A stretch of 63,583 bases of DNA, the filler included, from Perkinsus chesapeaki ATCC PRA-425 (Eukaryota; Protista; Perkinsozoa), in the NCBI GenBank assembly GCA_013115145.1. It is 8 parts of 8 records of this genome, joined end to end, with 100 filler letters (N's around TTAATTAATTAA, not from the genome) between each part and the next. Parts side by side here need not be neighbours in the genome. Positions count along the whole stretch, not along the records: positions 1 to 15,434 come from JAAPAO010000726.1; positions 15,535 to 26,888 come from JAAPAO010000847.1; 6 more parts are not named here. The stretch is one strand, 5' to 3'. Both the position numbers and the translations under genes were made by a program. Of this stretch, positions 11,705 to 23,634 are shown piece by piece. The notes below the pieces were generated by a model. That model saw nothing but the letters and a program-made list of their open reading frames with translations. It was not told where the DNA came from and searched no databases. Position 1 is the first letter of the stretch. Each line of letters starts with the position of its first letter.

Positions 11705-12959
11705 TCTTCTTCTTCCTTCCTTTTCCTTCCTCTTTCTGTGATACTACTTTAATAACCTTTCGTAGTGATAATGGTATACCTATTATTAATCATTATTATT
11801 AATAACTATTATTATTTAATTACATCGTAACTCTTCATTATTATTACATATACTTGCATTAATAAGCTTATTACGTAATGATGGTGGTTGTGCATACGAT
11901 GAGCTTATACCACCAATCCATTTACCACCATTATTATTATTGTTCCATTTACAATATTTATTACGAAATTCATAATCCTATAATAATACATACATTTATC
12001 TCAATATCTCTATTATTATAACTGCTACCCTCCATCCTTGACAATTCTTCATTATATAGTATGATGATTTATCTTGTGATATATTATTTATTAATCTAAT
12101 AGCATCATTAATTACCACATAATAATATATTCCCCGTTCCCCCACCCATAGTACTCATTTTCCCAATAATCATGACATTCTTTAGTCCTATTTAACCTTC
12201 TTTTACCAATATCCTTTCCTCCTGCTACTACAGGTAACTAATAATTATATATTATATCATCAACTTAATAATATATTACATTCTCAGATAACATAACAAT
12301 AATATCAACATCATTTATATTATTTATTATATTACTATATAATTTACTATTAATACGTTGTCTACCCGAAGCAGAATCGATAATTAAACCTTTATTTTTA
12401 TCACCATTATATATATTACAATCATTTTGCATCATACTTATCATAATCATATAATTATCAGGTATCTGATAATCTGATTATTGTCTAAATTATATTGGAT
12501 ATTATTATTACCATTAATAAACCATTACGTGTTTCACCTTTATATTCTTTATTATATTTTTCTAATAATTCTCTAATACATAATAAATCACCAATATAAC
12601 TAATATTAATAATATAATTATAATATAATTATAATATAATTATAATATAATTATTATTACAATGATATTATTCTACTATTATTTGATGATGTTATTGATT
12701 TAATATCATTATATGTTAACCTTATTGGTGCTAATAGCTATATATTATATTATATTATAATATTGTTATTACCTGCTTTATTGGTTGATATAGTATATGT
12801 TGGTGTTAATATATTCCTATTATTATCATTATATATATAACCACATCTAGCAACATCCACATCCACACTATTATTAACACTTTTATCTAATAATAATATG
12901 TATCAACAATACAACAATAACAACAATATCTTACCAATCTTAAATCTTATACCGCCCAT
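10761..12959 (-). CDS. QTRT2: Queuine tRNA-ribosyltransferase family protein, accessory-subunit-like, multi-exon
   Basis: Exons give ARCGYI...ILTPTY, LHEILHSIKCGIDIIDTSF, WKPLKPC and IHHLYKCGELLGPQL...EARKAI, all TGT-family motifs. Subunit assignment is inference. Confidence 0.7.
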
Positions 12960-13078
12960 CGTAATAAAGGTGGAACCTAATATTAATAGATTACAATGGC
13001 GGGCGCCGGCGCGTTTACAATGCTGCCAGGCCGATGGTGGTGGTGTGTTGTTGAAGTGGTGTTGTTGTTGAAGTGGTT

Positions 13079-14891
13079 ATGATTAGATTTATTGGTGGTA
13101 AAGATGTAATAAATAATATGAATATATTTAAAAACATTATAATTGATAATTATGGTGGTATTATTGATAATACGTAATAATATTTCTATCATTTGTATTA
13201 TTTATTAATTAGGTATAATAATACATTATATAATAATAAACTTATTATTATAGTCCGACCTAAACAGAAATTTAATAATAATGAATTTAATGATATTATA
13301 AATTATATTAATAATGGTGGTTCATTATTAATATTAAGTAATGAAGGGGGGGATGGATTATACAATAGTAATATTAATTATTTATTAAATAATTACGATA
13401 TTAATATTAATAATAATACAGTAATTGGTACTATACATAATAATAATTATCATCCTAAAGAGGTAATAATATTTATACTATTTATATTATTCATAATAGG
13501 TTATTATAAAATATAATAAGTATAAATTTATATACCCATATGGATGTACATTAGATAATAGTAATAGAGATTATAATAAAATATTGTTAAATTCTGGTAA
13601 TTTATCATATCCTATTAATAAACCAATATCAATAATAAATAATAATGGTAATGGTAAAATATGTGTTATTGGTAGTCATATGTTATTTAATGATAATTAT
13701 ATTAATAAAGAGGATAATACTTTATTAGCAGTAATAATAGTAATACTACTACTACTACTACTACTTATATTTCGAATGTCAGGATATTATTCTAAAATAC
13801 CTATTAAATAATACCGATAAAGATTATGACAATGGAATGATAGAGTAGTATTATTATCAATTAGTATTATAGTTTAATCATCAGCTTAATTAGGTTTAAT
13901 AATAATATATATAATAATATGAATAATATTAGCATACCAAATACAAGATTATTAGCTGATATGTTAAAATCATGCTTACAACATGATCAACAATACAGCA
14001 CTGAGCAGCAGCAGCAGCAGCTGAGCGGCAGTGGCAGTGGTAGAGTCGAAGGAATATATAATAATATAATGATGGTAATATATGTTGTATTGTATAATTA
14101 TTTATTATAGGATAATTTACCAATAGTATTAAATACATATAATAAACTAATAAGAAGTATAGGAGGGAAAAGTAATATATTATCATCATGACCATCTTGA
14201 TTTAATCAAGATTGTTGTTGTTGTTATTGTTGTTAAGGTGGTGGTTATATTGTAAACGGTGGTGGTAAGTATAATAATAATACTAAAAGGGTTTTAAGTG
14301 TTATAAAACCACATTTTATAACTATTAATGGTTTGATAAATAATACATATAAATTTACATCATCACCTGCATTAATACCACCATTATTATATAATATATA
14401 CAATAATGGAGAATCAGGGCACCACCAGCAACAGCAGCAGCAACAGTCAATGGATAATAATAATCAGTATCATCATCAGCAGCAGTATCATCAGCCTAAT
14501 TTAGAAATGTAATATTGTTTTATTGATATTATTGATTGTTGTTAAAATGGCAATATTATTAAATAGGTATGATTTGGAAGATGAGCTATCATCATATTCA
14601 CAAAGGCTTAATACTTTAATAATTAATAAATATAATAATATAATACAATTTGATGAGAATAATAATAACATTGGTAATTTTATTAAAGACGCATGCTCCT
14701 CTATTAATGATGATAATATGATAATGAGGGTAAATTATAAATTAGAATATAATAATGTTAGTATGCAACACCACCACCACCATGCACATATAACTGATAA
14801 TAATAATAATGGTATATATAAATATGATACAATTAAATATAAATATATGTTATATAATATATATAAATATATAAGTGATTATAAAACATGA
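13079..14891 (+). CDS. IFT52: Intraflagellar transport protein 52
   Basis: PKQKF...NGGSLLILSNEGG...NINYLL...HPKE; FIYPYGCTL; GKICVIGS...KEDN; PNTRLLADMLKSCLQ; PNLEMYDLEDELSS...RL. Confidence 0.9.
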
Positions 14892-15186
14892 AGAATTGAA
14901 TGGGCGAAGGCGGAGGCGGAGGCGGAGGCGGTATGATAGGATATAAATAAAAAGTGTAACATTATTTAGTGTATTCATTTATTTATTTTGGGTTGTTATT
15001 ATTAATGTTAATATAAGTAGTCATTATTACTAATGATTATTAATACCAATAATACTACTACAACAACAACTTGTAGTAGTAATAATAATAATACTATATT
15101 CTTTCCAACACTTAATAAGGATGCTGGAGCATTTGAGTTTGAACAAAGGTAATAATAATAACAAGAAGAAGAAGAAGTTTATTTTT

Positions 15187-15434
15187 ATATATTGTCATTC
15201 TTGTCATTGTTGTCATTGTTGTTATTGTTGTTATTGTTGTTATTGTTGTTATTGTTGTTATTGTTGTTATGGTTGTTATTGTTGTTATTGTTGTTATTGT
15301 TGTTATTGTTGTTATGGTTGTTATTGTTGTTATTGTTGTCATTGTTGTTATTGTTGTTATTGTTGTTATTGTTGTTATTGTTGTTATTGTTGTTATTGTT
15401 GTTATTGTTGTTATTGTTGTTATTGTTGTTATTG
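15187..15434. repeat. (TTGTTATTG)n compound microsatellite at contig end
   Basis: Direct reading; it generates the poly-L, poly-V/I and poly-C/Y ORFs. Confidence 0.97.
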
Positions 15435-15534
15435 NNNNNNNNNNNNNNNNNNNNNNNNNNNNNNNNNNNNNNNNNNNNTTAATTAATTAANNNNNNNNNN
15501 NNNNNNNNNNNNNNNNNNNNNNNNNNNNNNNNNN
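15435..15534. other. Assembly linker N44-TTAATTAATTAA-N44; same 12-mer at 26933, 36533, 40177, 41638, 48349, 49464
   Basis: Identical 12-mer with stops in all six frames, embedded in N runs. Neighbouring segments are not genomically adjacent. Confidence 0.98.
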
Positions 15535-15535
15535 A

Positions 15536-15595
15536 TATTCCAACCGTCTTGTCGATCTCGCTGTTCACATGAGCAAGGTCGATGCTGCTCAGTAA
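15536..15595 (+). CDS. GAPDH: 3' end of glyceraldehyde-3-phosphate dehydrogenase (truncated by contig start)
   Basis: YSNRLVDLAVHMSKVDAAQ* matches the conserved GAPDH C-terminus. Confidence 0.85.
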   Translation, partial: YSNRLVDLAVHMSKVDAAQ

Positions 15596-15996
15596 GTTTT
15601 CTTACTTACTTTTTTTCTGATATTCAGAGATATATTTGGCTGAGAGCCAGTTTTCCGCAAGCTTATGTTTATTTTGTTTGTAACTTGTACACAATACTAG
15701 TTAAGCCAATTCGACCGATGCGTCACCACTGGTGACAGCCACCAGAAGCAACGCGACTGGGCGGCGCCTACTCGGTATGGGTGTCTTAGTGTGAGAGAGG
15801 GATCGGCAGAGTGTCGATCGACAAAGTAATCTTGCGTGAAGTAAATTATCCAGTACTGCCTCAACCATGTTCATCATGGTCCAATGGTGACATCATGTGG
15901 CTCACATGCAGTCATTGTTTGACAGTGACGGTCACGTCACGTGACATGACCCCCTGACTGGATGAAGCCCCATCGATAGATGTCAATCACCCTCTA

Positions 15997-16377
15997 ATGA
16001 TTCCGTCTAACACATTACTGCTTGGAGCCGTTGCCACTATTATGATTTTCGTGATGCTTGGGTGCAGCGTAATTGGTAATTATCATGGTGAGAACTCTGG
16101 ATTCACCTTTGACTGGCATGTGACGAGCGGCTCCGTGAAAATGATCACAACTGATATCAGGGTCAGGGGACCTAATGGCGAAGTTGGTAGCTGCAACGGC
16201 GTCACGTTGGAAAATGGCATCAACTTTCGGACTGACTGTCTCGTCAAGCTATCTGAAAAGACCGGTGTACCCAATGGTAACTGGGACGTGATCATCGGCA
16301 GCAGACCAGAGGCTACCATAGGATACATCCTCCTGCAAATTGGTGCTGATTTTTACATAACCTCAGACAAGCAGTAA
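15997..16377 (+). CDS. Small putative secreted protein (126 aa), unknown family
   Basis: ATG start, hydrophobic N-terminus (LLLGAVATIMIFVMLGC), single exon, two further Cys. Confidence 0.6.
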   Translation: MIPSNTLLLGAVATIMIFVMLGCSVIGNYHGENSGFTFDWHVTSGSVKMITTDIRVRGPNGEVGSCNGVTLENGINFRTDCLVKLSEKTGVPNGNWDVIIGSRPEATIGYILLQIGADFYITSDKQ

Positions 16378-16989
16378 CGGTTGTTTTTTCACTGGCTAAG
16401 CTCAACCTCCTCACCCGCTCACCTCTACAGTGGTAGTTGCAACTTGTACAGTGTTAGCGGCCGGCATATTGCTGTGTATTTGTCCCTAAGCATTGTGAAA
16501 GAGCTGCTAGGCTTGTGCAACATCTTTTTGCTATGGTAAGTGAGGTAATGTTTGTCTAACAATGTCTACCTTCATATCAGATATAGTATATCTGCCCCAA
16601 TCACTGTAGTACGTGCCCACATTTGGACGTCTACTTCTAACAATTGTGCTGCTGCTACGGGAATCCCGAGCGCCATGAGAACGGTTGGAAACATAAGAGC
16701 TTTCTTTCGATATAGCACTGCGCCTTGCGTTACTAGTGTGTGCTAGAGGGTCTACCGTAGTGAACAATGTTCAGAGAACATGGTAAGGATTATCCCCACT
16801 GGACATCCAACGTAGCATTCAGCCTCCCGCAATACTTTAATTTTGCACATGAATATCGTACATGAGCAGCTAGCCATTCACACAATTATCATAGCAGTAC
16901 CTCGCAGTTGCTGACGTTACACGGTGTAACTTACACCAAAATCGCCGCTGTCGGGAAATTTAAGTATATGCACTTTAGTCCTGAGTCGT

Positions 16990-19900
16990 GATGTCACATT
17001 CAACTTCTCTATCCCCAACTCCGAGGACTAATCGGATGTCGCCGAGGTTGAGGAGGCAATTTGGCGTTCCTCCATCACCGTTGATGCACACTTCCGATCA
17101 TGGCTTCCCGTATGCGGTAGCCGATCAAAAGCGATATCATCTTATTGCCTTTGTGTTCGGCAAACACTCAGGCAGTCATCCAAGCCATCAGATAGAATCA
17201 TGCTTCAAAGAACACGGAGTTATCAGAGCAGATATCACGCGATCGAAGTTCTAGAGAGACGTAGACGAGAGAGACAGATTGAGCGGTTAGCTCTTCGCAG
17301 CATGGAACGGCTAGGTGCTACTGCTGCGTCGCACATGCTGCTCATCAATCTGCATTCATCGTAGATTCCCCGTCTACACGTTCCATTGCAGTGGATGAGC
17401 TTCAGCACATAATTGGTAGATGGTGCTTGATAGACTCGAGGAAGAATGACAGAGAAGCAGTCCTTCGACTGTTACTGAGCCCTCATAATATGAAAGGGCA
17501 CAGCAAAGGAGCGATTCGAGTATCGAATGGCAAATATATAAATAACTGTCATAGTGTGAAAAATTCTGAATTTTTGCAAAATCCTGATGATTCAAGATAC
17601 TTATTTGGGCCTCACCATAAAGCATATGAAGCTAGCCTGTGTCAGGAGCACGTAAGCCTGTTGGGATATGTAGTTGAGCACAACCTCGCAATCAATCCGA
17701 CTTGCTTCGTCGAGGACGACAGCCTGTTGTTACGCATCATGGATGTCCTTATAAAGGCCTTGGAGATTCCTGAAACTGAAGATGTAGGAAAGCGAACATC
17801 ATCGTGCTTACACGGTGTGACAGGGTTAGATACTGCCTTAGGTCGTATCCCAAACTGTTGTGGAGATCTGGCATAATATAACAGGAAAATCTGCTCAAGA
17901 GACGTGGAAGCTCTACTATGATATAGTGGCTGGTAGACTGTTTAGAGTGTTGAAGAAACACAACAGAGTCGGCCTCAATACAGAAGCACGCCGTCAGTGA
18001 GAAAAGCGCCGTAGACTACGGCCCGTAGTGTTCCCGGTAGACCTAAGTGGTTTCATCGTTCAGATTGTTCCTTGTGATAGCGCACTTCACTCGAGCCCTC
18101 GTCGAATCGGTTTCCAGCATACAGTCAAGAGCGGTCACTCGTATACTCGTGAAGCATTCTGAGGAACTACAAGTACTCCTTAGAGAAAGTAACCAAAAGT
18201 TTCCGCCGCAATGGCGTATTCACCAGTGGTGCACTGTCACACGCCTCAATAAGTATATTACGATAGAGGCATATCATAGATTGTTACGTTTACATATATT
18301 CAACATAGTGGGATACGCATATCATACATTTAACATTGATGGGAGCGTAAGACGTGGTTATCATCCGAACTGAATTCAACTCAGTGAATTGGTTTTTTTA
18401 TACCGGCTCCGAGCGCGGTCAAATCATCACTGCGAACTCGTTGAAGTCTTTCTGAAAGACTCTTTAATCTCGCAAGTTGTGAGCCACAACATAGCTCAGG
18501 CTCTTGAAGAACATCGGTGGTCTGAGACTATTACTAGTAGCGTCAGAAGTAGAGACACATGGTCTCATGATGGGGATCCGACTATCAGTTTCCTTTAGTT
18601 TCTTGGATCCACCCTAGTCGTCTATGTCAGGTCGTAGCCCGGCCGAGTTGGAGCTTTCCATATCGGGCTTAGCCGAATACTTGGCTGCCGGCTACAGCTT
18701 GCCGCGTCCGGGCCTCGTATTTCTCGGAAGAGCATGTCTAGATGTTATAAGCGGATCACACGAACAGCCTATGAAGCCGCAGCTAGCTCGATCTCTGGCA
18801 TTCGCTGCAACTGTATGCCTTGGCCATCTTGCCAAGTTTGGTAAGTTGAGCTGGCTATGTCATTCATCCGTGAGACTATCGGGATCGGAGCATAAACTGT
18901 GCTCTAAGCATTGCACTCCCTGGGATGTCCGGTCTCGATCGAATCGCGAACATCGGTTTTCATAACATGTTGCGGATCCTTGTTTCAGCTAACTACGATG
19001 CAATGCCTACAGGAGAGGTGTTGACAGTTTTAGAGAGAGACAACCTATCACTTTACGAGCTCACCCGGTCCAATCCTCGACTAAGGCAGGCAATAGCGTT
19101 TGCGAGGCAAGCGTGGGCGTTAGCAGCGAGACACCGAGGAAGCATCGGAGTGGAAGAAAGCGTCACAGAGTCCCCAAGACGAACGCGGTGTTACGAAAAT
19201 ATGTACGTCCCGAAGGTCATGAAAAATAGATACATCATAGTTGTTAAAAGTTTTATCTTGAAACATAGTATGAGATAGTCTGATATTGTTACCAACGTTA
19301 TGTTAATAAGATTTTTGTTTAACTTTACAGGTTCTCTCTGAGGGGCAACGAGGAGGCCCTGGTCAAATCGCTATTCTCATCCCAGTTTATTTCTCCCGAG
19401 GAAGGTCACGGCATGACAATGACTGAGGGTGCTGGCGCGGCGCCAGGCGCGCAGCTAGCGAATCGTGTTAGCGGATGGGTAGACGATTCTGTACAGAGTA
19501 TAGCTGCTGCCATGCTACCCAACGATGATAAGCGCACCGACGACGAAAAATCAAGCGCGCGGCAAACTGTGAATTCTGGACATGCTAGCGTTACGGAAGA
19601 GTTAATTGTTACCAATGCACAGGAGCATAAGCTAAGCGGTTTTCCGAGTGAGACTAGCTCAAGAAGTGACTTTCGAGAAAGAGAAAGCGGGGATGAATCA
19701 TTTCATGGAGATCAGATTATGCAAGGCAGTCCAAGAGGTATTGGTACACCTCATCTCAGCGAGGGGCTAGTCGAAAATACACAAATCAGCAAAGCGCAAG
19801 ACATAGACCTTCCTGGTATTATGCTCGAGTCATTGCACTCGAATTTGAGCTCTAGAAGACTCTCCAGTCGGAAAGAGTCTGCTGTGGAAGCTATCGTGGA

Positions 19901-21240
19901 TCCAGGCCGTGCAATCCGAATGGAAGAGAAAGAATCAAGGAAAGGATCTGGAAGCTGGGACTCTCTCTGCGATAGGGCAGCACGTGATATTCACACGACG
20001 GTACGGCAAACACAAGAAGAAAGCAGCAACAGGCTATCCAACCTTCGCGGGAAGGATGAGCCCGTCCTTGAAGACCTTCAAATTAGTGGTGCGGAAATTG
20101 AGTTTCGCGTTTGTGCCCCCGACAGACTCTTGAACAGGCGAAATGAACACAAAAGCCCAAGCACACATGGAGAAAGATGGACCAATGAGCTATGCAAGAG
20201 AACCCTGGGAAGCATGGAAGCTTGAGCACACGTCTAGCAAATGCATTATTCCACCGGTAAGCTGTTGGGCTCGATCTCTCGTTTGTGCAGTTTATACTTG
20301 CCTGCCTAGAGCCCGATTGTCAAGAGCATACATGCGAATCATGATGTGCATGATGCGATTGATCAAATCGCTAGCGAGAACGTTCTGCGTGCCGTCCAAG
20401 CGAGAGCACTAGATATACTTTCGGCTAGTGAAGCGTCTTTGAGTAGTGAGACGCTCGCAGCCATGAAGTTATTGGCCGATGGACGATATACGAAAAGCTT
20501 TGAAGTAAGTAACTGGAAATGGTCTACCAGCGACTCACCTGTGGTGTCTATGAATACCATTTAAGCACCTGATATCCTTATTAGGTGATATTTCGCTACG
20601 GAAACGAGGAGGGCTTTATGGAGTTGCTGGGCTGTTTCAGAGACTCAGCTGAGCAGGAAGTCCTGTGGGAAGTCTTAGGTGCACCGTATGGGAGGTAGGT
20701 CGCGTGGCGGGTCAATAGAAACCGTGCGCTCTGCCATGAGGTGAATCTTCGCCACAGAGTGACTCTTGTGACGATAAAAAACGAACGATACAACCTAATC
20801 AAGCAATAGATATACGAGTTGTATCGTCACTAATCGTGACTCACGATACTATCGTGCCACCAAACCTTCTCACCACGATCAGGTACCTCAAATTTCTCCT
20901 GGATGAACTAGTTCTTACAGGCAGGAGCGTCCTCGCCGCACAGTGGTTGAGCACAAGGCAAACACTTACATGATTACTTGAACCTACTTGTTCACCACGA
21001 GATATTGCGCTAAGTTCTGATGATGTTTTGCGTTCGCCGAACGCCGTCGGTAACCGGGAGGTTCGCAGCAAAAAGCGGTTTACACTGTATAGCAAGCTCG
21101 CACAGTGCGAGCTACTCGTAAAATAGCTACTCGCAAGTGCGACTCGTACTTTTGACCCCGACCGTTTCACTTTAGTAACCCGGCCAGTATGTCGCACGAA
21201 GCAGCTACGCGGTGACATGGTAAAGAACCTGCATATAGCT
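16990..21240 (+). CDS. Probable multi-exon hypothetical protein
   Basis: Chain of same-strand ORFs (17391, 18047, 18389, 18624, 18925, 19413, 20346) with plausible GT-AG boundaries (e.g. acceptor at ~19330). Only weak ankyrin-like segments. Confidence 0.4.
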
Positions 21241-21611
21241 GGTATAGGTGACGCGCGACCAGTGTTACAGTTTACCGTGGCTCAGTTGATAGAACGGCCA
21301 ATAGCCGTGATAAGTAAGCAATCAGATGCGTTAGCATTCCCACCAACAGTTGTGTTGCTCATGAGGACTTCGATTTAAGTGATTCTCATCAGTTAGCAGG
21401 TGGATCTGGTGACCATAATGTTCTACGTAGAAGGAATCATGTGACGGGACTAGAAGTTAGCCGTGAAGGAGCACGGGATTTTCCATCTGTGTGTGATGTA
21501 GGCATTAATCAAGTAGTACCTGACTCACTATAGCGCTCATCTCGCGAACAGCAAGTTAGCATTTTACCAGGGGCTGTTCCCGACGTTACGGCACATTCGG
21601 GGAATGTAATC

Positions 21612-21818
21612 ATGGAACGTAGGATTGCGCCAAAAAGTCACGCCGCCAAAAAATGGCGAAGGCTAGTGTGTGGAGCGTGTGGAAGGTTTACAGGTAGGAC
21701 AACTATATGTGGTAAGTGCTATTCGAACTCTTCAATGTTGAATGAGCAACAGTCAAGTGTAATCGTGAAACATGACTGTCATGTTTCACGAATGTTACGT
21801 TCAGAGTTGTTCATATAA
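21612..21818 (+). CDS. Small basic CxxC-x9-CxxC ORF
   Basis: APKSHAAKKWRRLVCGACG...ICGKCY; weak resemblance to ribosomal bL32-type zinc ribbon. Confidence 0.25.
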   Translation: MERRIAPKSHAAKKWRRLVCGACGRFTGRTTICGKCYSNSSMLNEQQSSVIVKHDCHVSRMLRSELFI

Positions 21819-21951
21819 TTGAACAGAGCCTGTTCAACAGACAGTTTTCGATGTGTTACTTAACATTTTCCAGCCATTTTTGTACATCAATGTATTGATG
21901 TGAATGTATCATTACTTGCTCGTAGGAAGTATATAGTGAACACCCCGCTTA

Positions 21952-22091
21952 GGGTGTATCATGTCTCGTACACCGAAAACTCGTACACTTTCACTTCGTT
22001 CACCACTCGTACACATAAAGTTCGTACACCAAAAACCCGCATACCGGAAACCCGTACACCGTCAATTCGTGAACACCGGGAACTCGTACAC
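21952..22091. mobile_element. Solo left arm of the 15-bp-periodic foldback family
   Basis: Starts GGGTGTATCATGTCTCGTACAC; CGTACAC units mostly at 15-bp spacing. Confidence 0.8.
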
Positions 22092-22470
22092 TTCGCAGCC
22101 ATGCAACCCTCATCTTGGGTTTCCTAGCTTTTACAGATTCTAAGGTTTTACGGCTGTTAGTGTGGCGGTGGTAGAGTGTGGTGCTGTAACCTTATTGTTG
22201 TTGACGTCCCTCAATGAGGAGCTATAAGTATGGATGATCTTGCCGGGCTCATCTTTATGTAGTCTCAGAAAATGATCGTACTCGCACTCTATGTGCCTGC
22301 GTGTTGTCGGAGCGCACACGTGCTTTTGCTCACTTGGAGCGCACGCGTGCTTTTGCTCACTTTGTTGTTCATCGTCATAAGTAGGTGGGCTGTAGCAAGG
22401 CCCCGGATAGCTAGTCGTGGCGGTGGTTAGAATCCCGTCTCTACTTGAGTAGCCTTTTCTTGAGACCTTA

Positions 22471-23634
22471 ATGGACATGCGTTCAGTCCGGGGCGGCGAA
22501 CCAACAACATCTGGCTCCGATGCGGGGACCTTGCCGCCCTTGAGGACTATCTTCATATATTCTGACGATGCTGTGGAAAATGCTCTCGACATCGTCCCCA
22601 GGGAAGAGCGTGGTGAAGACCTTTTGTTGACGGTCCTCGAGAAAACGGCCGAGGAAGGTTCTGTGGTTGATCCCGAGGCCTTCGCCAAAGAAATGGCCGA
22701 GGCCCTCATCACCACTCCTTTCCGGATGGCTTGCGCAGGCGTCAACATCAAAGAACTGTTGGAGGACATTGACAAGGACGGTTTGTGTGACTACATCAAG
22801 AGATGGACGAAGAGGGTTTGCGACTTAGCTCAGCACGAAGTCTTAGACGCCGAGGCCAAGACCATCATTACTGAACACCTCCCACCCCTGGTAGAGGATG
22901 CGACGTTGAGGTCTGATTTCTTCAAGGATCTCCCGGGCTCGGCGGAGGTCTTGAACGAAGGGCGTTGGAGACGGCTGTCGGCTAAGAGAGACTTCAAAGC
23001 ACTCCCTGACAGTCCGTTCTCGAATGGCTGGTGGGAACGGTCACTAGAGCGTCCTAGGCTGGAGGCCGCATTCCAGACGCCGCTGTCCGCGACTAGTCGA
23101 GCCCCCGTTCACCAGCCTCGAGTCCCCACCAGGACTACTGTTGCGGTCAGAAGCTCCGCGGAGTCGGTATCGACCAATCAGGATGTGGTCACTCAGGAAC
23201 AGCGGCATTCGGCAGCTAAAGATGCCGATAAGGCGGCCGCATCTTTCAGCGGTGGACCCTTCCGGCGCGTCGGCGATCCCCGAGGTTTCTCCGGCTTCTG
23301 GCAGCAACTCGAAGGAAAACTGCTGCGTCGCGGTTGGGAGTATGGCGGTCTTGAACATTTCTACCTGTTGACTAGCTTGCTACCCGAGACGTTCGTCAAC
23401 AAGGCTGTCGGAAAGGTACCACCCAGGACTCGGTCAGGCTTCAACGGGGCCGTCCAGACTATGCATGACGCTCTTGTGGCTGAGTATGGCGGTTCGGTCG
23501 AAGTCGAGAAGTTGCTGTCCCGCAGTTTGGTCCGCGGCGCCAAGGAGACCTTAACTGATTACATATCACGCCTGGACTACTGGGAGGACCACTGCGCAAC
23601 TGCTGGGGCTCCGGTCCCTGACGCCACCCTGGTC
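22471..23634 (+). mobile_element. Retroelement gag-like ORF truncated by the hAT insertion
   Basis: FSG...DPRGFSGFW..LE....W...L..EYG...ETLTDYISRL resembles a retrotransposon gag. Coding character breaks at ~23635, where ACCCGA repeats begin. Confidence 0.6.

Noticed and set aside
15112-15490. Poly-Leu, poly-Val/Ile, poly-Cys/Tyr and poly-Thr/Ile ORFs
   Set aside because: Translations of a microsatellite running into an N gap.
15479-15490. TTAATTAATTAA as a biological repeat or PacI array
   Set aside because: Always centred in N runs; an artificial scaffold linker. Cross-linker gene neighbourhoods were therefore not interpreted.
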